Positions 58,153 through 64,000 of a stretch of DNA of 64,000 nucleotides are shown one piece after another. Location of the stretch: IMG/VR virus record IMGVR_UViG_3300010348_001764, one strand, 5' to 3'. Origin of the DNA: an uncultured virus (IMG/VR IMGVR_UViG_3300010348_001764) (taxonomy: Duplodnaviria > Heunggongvirae > Uroviricota > Caudoviricetes). The position numbers were made by a program, and so were the translations under genes. Each line of letters opens with the position of its first letter. Within the stretch, counting starts at the first letter, position 1. Below the pieces are notes generated by a model. It did not search any database. It was not told the origin of the DNA and was given only the letters and a program-made list of their open reading frames with translations.

Positions 58153-58712
58153 AGACCTTCAAGCAGTTCCTCGAGGACCAGGATCCCCTTGACCGCACCG
58201 TCGCCGAGATGTGGCTGCGCCACCACCTGAAGGTCGACCAGGAGGATGCCGAGGAGGCCCTCAACTGGCTGCGCCAAAAGGACAACTGGCTGCCCGATCA
58301 GGTCTGGAAGAAGATGATCGCTCTTGCCCGCACTGGAATGCATGAGACCAAGGACTTTGACGCGCTGCTTGGTGGACAGATGCAGGACGACGTAGTTCGC
58401 TTCTACCTCGCCAAGATGATGCTGGCAGATGACATCAAGCTGGCAGAGAGCTCAGACCCGCTGCACGACACCGCCATCGAGATGGCCCTGCGCAAGGAGT
58501 TTGACATGTCGCAGGCGCAGGCTGAAGAGGGTCGCGCTTGGCTGCAGGGCGAGAAGGATGCGCAGGACCTGGGTCACTGGGCATGGGACCGCATTTGGTC
58601 GCGCTGGGAAGACCAGCTGGATGACTTTGGTTCAGCTCGTCACGAGTTTGAAGAGTTCATTCACGGTAAGGTGCTGCGCATCCTGAAGAGCAAGTACAAG
58701 GTGGAAGTATGA
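58149..58712 (+). CDS. putative internal head protein, repeat paralog of upstream gene
   Basis: MKTFKQFLE; DPL...EM.LR repeated. Confidence 0.6.
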   Translation: MKTFKQFLEDQDPLDRTVAEMWLRHHLKVDQEDAEEALNWLRQKDNWLPDQVWKKMIALARTGMHETKDFDALLGGQMQDDVVRFYLAKMMLADDIKLAESSDPLHDTAIEMALRKEFDMSQAQAEEGRAWLQGEKDAQDLGHWAWDRIWSRWEDQLDDFGSARHEFEEFIHGKVLRILKSKYKVEV

Positions 58713-59596
58713 TCACGTTCAAGGAATTCCTCGCTGAGGGTGGCGCTGCCACCGCCAAGTACAACACAGAGCGCGCCACCAAGGCCGATATCGAGGCGGC
58801 TCTCAAGTTCGTCGCAAAGCACACCGGCCTGCCGCTGAAGACGCTGCAGGACAACCTCCTTGGCTCGACTGCCCAAACGCTGGCGGGTACCAAGAAGGAC
58901 AGCGGCGACATCGACATCGCCATCGAGCTGGATGACGACGCCATCGAGCCGATGGTCGAGAAGATGAAGAAGGCCTGCCAGATGGACACCGTCAAGCGGA
59001 CTGGCGAGGGTGTCTACTCCTTCGCGGTGCCGGCAGTCGGCGACAAGCGCGTGCAGGTGGACCTCATGCTGGTGCCTGACGTCAAGTGGGCCAAGTTCGG
59101 CTTCCACTCCGAGCCGACATCCAAGTACAAGGGCGCCATCCGCAACCTGCTGCTCGTGAACCTCATGAAGCGCGTGTTCGAGAAGAACAAGGACTTCGTG
59201 ATCACCGACGACGGCGGCAAGGAGGTCATCCGCGTCCGCCGCGGCTTTACGATGGACCGCGGCCTGAAGCGCACGTTCCGCATGGCAGCGATGCGCAAGG
59301 ACGGCAAGGGCCGCCTGGCAGCGATGACGAACGCCACGCCTGACGAGATTGAGGCCGAGCTGAAGCGCATCGGCATCAAGAAGACGTTCTCGAAGGAGGC
59401 GGATCCGATCCTGGATCCGGACCTGGCCGCTGCCTACATGTTCCCTGGCAAGAAGGCCAAGGACATCATGTCAGCTGAGCAGGTGATCAAGCTGATCGCG
59501 AAGCGCTCAGACGCCGCTGAGATCTTCAAGGACGCCGTGGCCGACTTCAAGAAGAACGGCCTCGACGTTCCAGACGAGCTCAAGCAGTACGGTTGA
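58709..59596 (+). CDS. Pol-beta-superfamily nucleotidyltransferase-like protein
   Basis: LGS...SGDIDIA, VQVDLM; MITFKEFLAE. Confidence 0.7.
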   Translation: MITFKEFLAEGGAATAKYNTERATKADIEAALKFVAKHTGLPLKTLQDNLLGSTAQTLAGTKKDSGDIDIAIELDDDAIEPMVEKMKKACQMDTVKRTGEGVYSFAVPAVGDKRVQVDLMLVPDVKWAKFGFHSEPTSKYKGAIRNLLLVNLMKRVFEKNKDFVITDDGGKEVIRVRRGFTMDRGLKRTFRMAAMRKDGKGRLAAMTNATPDEIEAELKRIGIKKTFSKEADPILDPDLAAAYMFPGKKAKDIMSAEQVIKLIAKRSDAAEIFKDAVADFKKNGLDVPDELKQYG

Positions 59597-61256
59597 GCAG
59601 GCTGCGAACAGCAGCGCGCAGCTCGTCGATTTCTTCCTGCTGGTCCTTGATGGCCTCAACAAGCAGGCCGACCAGGTTGCCGTAGGCAACGCTCATGAAG
59701 CCGTCGCGGTTGGTCTCAACCGCCTCAGGCAGGACCTTCTGCACGTCCTGTGCAATCAGACCCGTACCACGAGCACCGTCGCTCTTGCGAGTGAAGTTGA
59801 CGCCGCGCAGCTGCTTGACCTTGTTGACTGGATCGAGGATGAGGGCGATCTCAGTCTTGAGGCGCTCGTCCGAGAAGGCAGTCACGTTGCCCTGAGCGGT
59901 GATGCTGCCAGTCGTCGTGAGGTTGCCGGTGAAGGCGTGCGTTGCAGCGACGTAGTTGATCACGCCGGTGTCGGTGGAACCAACTGCACCTGTGTTGCCG
60001 ATGTAGCCAGCGCGCACGTCGTTGCCTGGCCAGAACTCGAGGTAGCCCGAGTTGCCTGAACCAGACGACTGCATGCGGATGTAGCCGGTCGCAGCTGCTG
60101 CATCACCAGCCTGAACGTAACCGTTCTGGGCGATGACGGCAGATCCCAAGCCGGTAGCAACAACGTTGCCAGAAGCTGACATTGAGCCAGTGGTCTGGAT
60201 CAGCGATGACGTCCAGTTGAGCTGAATGCCATTGACCTTGAGGTAGTCACCTGCGCCGTCACCGACCTGCATGCTACCGCTCGTGATGATGTCGACGATG
60301 TTGGTGTACGAACCACTGAGGCGAAGGTCTGGAACCACGCCGGCGTCGAGGTTCGAAGCGTTGAGGCCGGTAACTGGAATGGAGATGGCGCTGCCGCCGG
60401 TGAAGAGCGTAGCGGTGCCAGTTGCCGCACCCGACAGAGCGATCGTGGCACCTGGGCTCAGCGAGCTGGCGGTGGTTGCCGAGCTGGCGGTCGTGGCCGA
60501 TGCGGCGGTGGTTGCCGTGTTGGCGCTGTTGGCGTTGGTTGCAAAGCCGACGGACAGCGACGACTGGTTGGCCCAGGTCGGTGCACCAGCACCGCCCGAG
60601 AGCAGGACCTGCGACGAGGAGCCGGTAGCGGTGACGCCCATCGAGGTGGTCGAGGCACCGTAGATGATGCCGCCGGCGTTGAGGGCCGCGCCCTGTCCAG
60701 TGCCGCCGCGCGTAACGGCAAGCGTGCCGCTGGCCATGTTGGAGGCGTTGGTGAAGAACGTGCTGTTGCTGCCGTCAAGCAGGTCGGCATCGAGGCCTGA
60801 ACCCGAGCCATCGTTGCCGGCGTGCCAGACGTCGTTGCCGCTGACCGTGATGCCGGTTGGGGTGATGACGACAGCCGCACCGAGGCCAATGTTGGTTGCA
60901 GGTGTGGTGGCAAGGTTGAACACGCCACCTGAGATCTGCATGTAGCCGGTCAGGCTGCCGTTGGAAACCGCGACGTACGGGTTGGGGCCAGCGTAGTTGA
61001 CCGTCAGGTTGCCGGTCATCGTGTCACCGGTCTTCAGGACGTACGGGACGAAGCCTGAGGTATCGGCGACCTGCGTCCAACCGAGTGAACCTTGGTTGCC
61101 AAGGAGACCTGAGTTGGCGTCTGGTACGAAGCCGTAGAAGTAGAGACCGGCCGAAGCACCGGTCTTCATAAAGAGGGAGCCCTCAGACACCGTTCCGACT
61201 GCTGGCAGGGTCGGACCTGAGTTGATGACGGCGCCGCCGAAGAGGTTCTTGCTCAT
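59580..61256 (-). CDS. tail fibre with C-terminal S74 chaperone domain
   Basis: WHAGNDGSGSGLDADLLDG; SDERLKTEI..GLIAQDVQ. Confidence 0.9.
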   Translation of the reverse strand: MSKNLFGGAVINSGPTLPAVGTVSEGSLFMKTGASAGLYFYGFVPDANSGLLGNQGSLGWTQVADTSGFVPYVLKTGDTMTGNLTVNYAGPNPYVAVSNGSLTGYMQISGGVFNLATTPATNIGLGAAVVITPTGITVSGNDVWHAGNDGSGSGLDADLLDGSNSTFFTNASNMASGTLAVTRGGTGQGAALNAGGIIYGASTTSMGVTATGSSSQVLLSGGAGAPTWANQSSLSVGFATNANSANTATTAASATTASSATTASSLSPGATIALSGAATGTATLFTGGSAISIPVTGLNASNLDAGVVPDLRLSGSYTNIVDIITSGSMQVGDGAGDYLKVNGIQLNWTSSLIQTTGSMSASGNVVATGLGSAVIAQNGYVQAGDAAAATGYIRMQSSGSGNSGYLEFWPGNDVRAGYIGNTGAVGSTDTGVINYVAATHAFTGNLTTTGSITAQGNVTAFSDERLKTEIALILDPVNKVKQLRGVNFTRKSDGARGTGLIAQDVQKVLPEAVETNRDGFMSVAYGNLVGLLVEAIKDQQEEIDELRAAVRSLLNRTA

Positions 61257-61448
61257 GTAGGGTGGTCCTGTGACAGGTGTACGTGCAACCTATTTATGAG
61301 GTTGAGGACGCCTGGGGTCGGCTTACAATGAAACCTCAGTTGCACGGTGTCTGTCTCCTAAGGACCCGTTTGGTGGGGACCTTGCGTCCCCACTTTCTTT
61401 TGCGGTGGAGGCCTTCATGTGCTACAATGATCAAGCTAAGGAGAACTC

Positions 61449-62438
61449 ATGGAACACGTGCAAACCGGCAACCTGAACAACGACTTTCGCACCTGCCTTG
61501 CCCAGCTCATGGAGCACGGCCTGGTTGCCCACCCTCGCGGCACCACCACCCGCGAGCTGCTGAACTACAACATCACCCTGCGGAACCCGCGCAACCGCAT
61601 CATCCTCTTTCCGGACCGCAAGACCAGCCTGAAGTACCTCCTCGGTGAGCTCTGCTGGTACCTGTCGGGTTCACCCAACCCAGCTGGCATCCTGCCGTAC
61701 GCCAAGTTCTGGGACGGCATTCGCAACTCCGGCGGCTACGCGACCTACAACACCGGTGACGTGAACTCCAACTACGGTCACCGCCTCTTCGGCCACCACG
61801 AGCCCTCGCTCTGCTACGGCGACAACGAGGACATCGGCATGATCTCGCAGTGGGAGAAGGTGCAGACCATCCTGCGCGCCGACCCCGACAGCCGCCAGGC
61901 GATCATGAACATTCACCTGCCGGCTGACCGCCACCCTGGCAACAAGGACGTGCCGTGCACGCTGACGCTGCAGTGGTTCATCCGCGAGGACGCGCTGCAC
62001 CTGATCGTCAACATGCGCTCGAACGACGTCATCCTCGGCTTCACGAACGACGTGTTCCAGTTCACGATGCTGCAGGAGATCATGGCCGTCCAGCTGCGCG
62101 AGTTCTACCCGAACCTGGACGTCGGCTACTACTTCCACAACGCCGGCTCGATGCACATCTACGATCGCCACTTCGAGATGGCCGGCAAGATCATCAAGGA
62201 CGAGCGCGCCGTGGACGTGTCCATGATCAAGATGGACGTCTTCGATGAGAAGACCCTTCTCAACCTGCTGGGCGTCAACGCTGTGTGGGTGACCGAGGGC
62301 ATGAACCCCGAGTTTGACTTCGACAACCTCGAGCCCTTCAAGCAGCTGTCGCCGTACTGGCAGACGCTCATCAAGTTCTGCTTCGCTGAGGACCACGACG
62401 CGTCGCACGACATCTTCGGCCTGCCGCACGACGACTGA
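61449..62438 (+). CDS. thymidylate-synthase family, dCMP hydroxymethylase-like
   Basis: DSRQAI, PCT, MRSNDVILGFTND, GSMHIY. Confidence 0.8.
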   Translation: MEHVQTGNLNNDFRTCLAQLMEHGLVAHPRGTTTRELLNYNITLRNPRNRIILFPDRKTSLKYLLGELCWYLSGSPNPAGILPYAKFWDGIRNSGGYATYNTGDVNSNYGHRLFGHHEPSLCYGDNEDIGMISQWEKVQTILRADPDSRQAIMNIHLPADRHPGNKDVPCTLTLQWFIREDALHLIVNMRSNDVILGFTNDVFQFTMLQEIMAVQLREFYPNLDVGYYFHNAGSMHIYDRHFEMAGKIIKDERAVDVSMIKMDVFDEKTLLNLLGVNAVWVTEGMNPEFDFDNLEPFKQLSPYWQTLIKFCFAEDHDASHDIFGLPHDD

Positions 62439-62604
62439 CAGATGGCAGAGCTTCGCACCGTTGGAAAGCACCACTGGTGCGAGCGCTGCCGAACGTTTCA
62501 CAAGCACGCCGACTTCGATCAGCAGGAGCTGATCGACCGGGCCGTCGAGGACCTCGCAGCCCAGATTGATGCGGAGATTCTAGCGGACCTCCTGAAGGAA
62601 CCAA

Positions 62605-64000
62605 ATGCGCTACGAGAAGCAGATCAACGAGGCGTACGAGCGCCTGGGGTTCAAGCCCCGCGACAACCAGGTCGAGCACTGCAACCAGGTGATCGAGGCC
62701 TTCCTCGACGAGGGGTTCACCAACGTGGTGCTCTCAGCACCAACTGGTACGGGCAAGTCGATCATCGGGGCCGTCGTCGCTGACGTCATTCACTCGATCA
62801 AGTACCCAGACGACCCAGCGCACGCCTCCTTCATGCTGACCGCCACGAACGTGCTGGCGCAGCAGTACGACGACGCCTTCGGCCAGGAGGATGGCCAGCC
62901 GTGGGACGGCCGCTTCCTTGTTGTGAAGGGCGCATCCAACTACGACTGCGCGGCCCTCTCCACCGACGAGGAGCCGGCACGGGCTGACAGCTGCGCGATC
63001 ATGCTCTTCAAGAAGCAGGGCATGCAGGACATCCTCGACAAGTACTGCGAGAAGTGCGAGTACAAGTGGTCGCGGGCAATGCGCAACCGCACGCGCCACC
63101 TCATCACGAACTACTCGTACTACTTCATCGACCGCATGTACGCGACGCACCCGATGGAGAAGCGCTCGGTGTGCATCTTCGACGAGGCGCACCTGCTGAA
63201 CGACCTGTTCGTGGAGCACAACGCCATCTACTTCTCCGAGAAGCGGCTGACGCAGTTCGAGATGGAAACGGCTGAGCTGCTGGACGGGCAGGGCGGCTTT
63301 CACGTGATCAAGCGCGACCTGGTGCAGGGCAAGATCAACGAGAAGACGTACCAGGACTACCTCAAGAAGCTGCAGGACCTGTACAACGGCGTGTCAGATG
63401 CGCTCAAGGCCCGAGCCGACCGCAACGTGCGCAACCACTCCAAGTACCTGAAGCTGAACCGCGCCTCCAAGAAGTACCACGACCTCGCGTGCAAGATCGA
63501 CGACCTGTTCCTCTTCGAGTACCCACACGTCTTCGAGTACAAGCCGAAGGACCTCAAGAAGCAGCAGAACGAGCACGAGGTCACCGTCAAGCCCATCTTC
63601 GTGGGTGAGATGTTCGAGTGCCTCCACAACGCCGAGCACAACCTCTTCATGTCCGCCACCGTCACCGAGAGCTACATGAAGCGGACGATGACGCTGCCTG
63701 GCACCACGAAGCACATTCGCCTTGCCCCGCAGTTTCCGCCCGAGAACAAGAAGGTGGTGTTCCTGAAGCCGCAGACGCTCAACTACACCACAATGAAAGA
63801 CCCTGAGGTGGTCAAGCGGCTCTGCGCCAACGTCTGGCAGATCGTGGAGCACCACACCAAGGCCGGCGAGCGCGGCATCGTGCTCTGCCCCTCCTTCAAC
63901 GTCGTGCAGTCCATCGCTGAGACGCTGCGAGGAGTGAAGATCCCTGGCCTCCGCGTCTTCGAGCAGGTGCGTGGACAGAAGCTGGCTGAGCTTCTCGATG
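62605..64000 (+). CDS. DinG/Rad3-like helicase (runs off window)
   Basis: read manually: GFKPRDNQ, SAPTGTGKS, ITNYSY, FDEAH, MSAT. Confidence 0.88.
   Translation, partial: MRYEKQINEAYERLGFKPRDNQVEHCNQVIEAFLDEGFTNVVLSAPTGTGKSIIGAVVADVIHSIKYPDDPAHASFMLTATNVLAQQYDDAFGQEDGQPWDGRFLVVKGASNYDCAALSTDEEPARADSCAIMLFKKQGMQDILDKYCEKCEYKWSRAMRNRTRHLITNYSYYFIDRMYATHPMEKRSVCIFDEAHLLNDLFVEHNAIYFSEKRLTQFEMETAELLDGQGGFHVIKRDLVQGKINEKTYQDYLKKLQDLYNGVSDALKARADRNVRNHSKYLKLNRASKKYHDLACKIDDLFLFEYPHVFEYKPKDLKKQQNEHEVTVKPIFVGEMFECLHNAEHNLFMSATVTESYMKRTMTLPGTTKHIRLAPQFPPENKKVVFLKPQTLNYTTMKDPEVVKRLCANVWQIVEHHTKAGERGIVLCPSFNVVQSIAETLRGVKIPGLRVFEQVRGQKLAELLD

Noticed and set aside
62442..62783. 113-aa ORF after the ThyA-like gene
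   Set aside because: Its 3' half overlaps the helicase by about 180 nt; the CxxC N-terminus may be real but cannot be supported.

Overview
A 64 kb segment of a GC-rich, T4-like jumbo phage, probably infecting a proteobacterium (inference). Two N-gaps lie at 3947-4696 and 37582-38383. The window carries TAAATA late promoters and a recurring early-type promoter. Gene content: a late cluster of fatty-acid desaturases and Fe(II)/2OG-type oxygenases, an HNH-RNA ligase fusion, three homing-type endonucleases, an array of 29 tRNAs plus 2 aberrant tRNA-like RNAs, a TAXI solute-binding protein, two holin-T-like genes, Ro60/TROVE, a SpoT-type HD hydrolase, DHFR, bactofilin, prkA-yeaH-spoVR, three tail fibres with adhesin-like partners, a dCMP-hydroxymethylase-like ThyA homolog and a DinG-like helicase. 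Top observation: the tRNA array is preceded by a 40-codon leader ORF overlapping an antiterminator/terminator pair. Its first 31 codons use exactly the 13 amino acids for which the array encodes tRNAs, and none of the other 7. This suggests a ribosome-coupled attenuator that senses loss of any of those host tRNAs. Also notable: four Y-RNA-like ncRNAs sharing a scaffold, four 72-nt non-canonical tRNA-Arg, and long-variable-arm tRNA-Lys/Glu. All calls are by eye; no database searches or folding programs were run.
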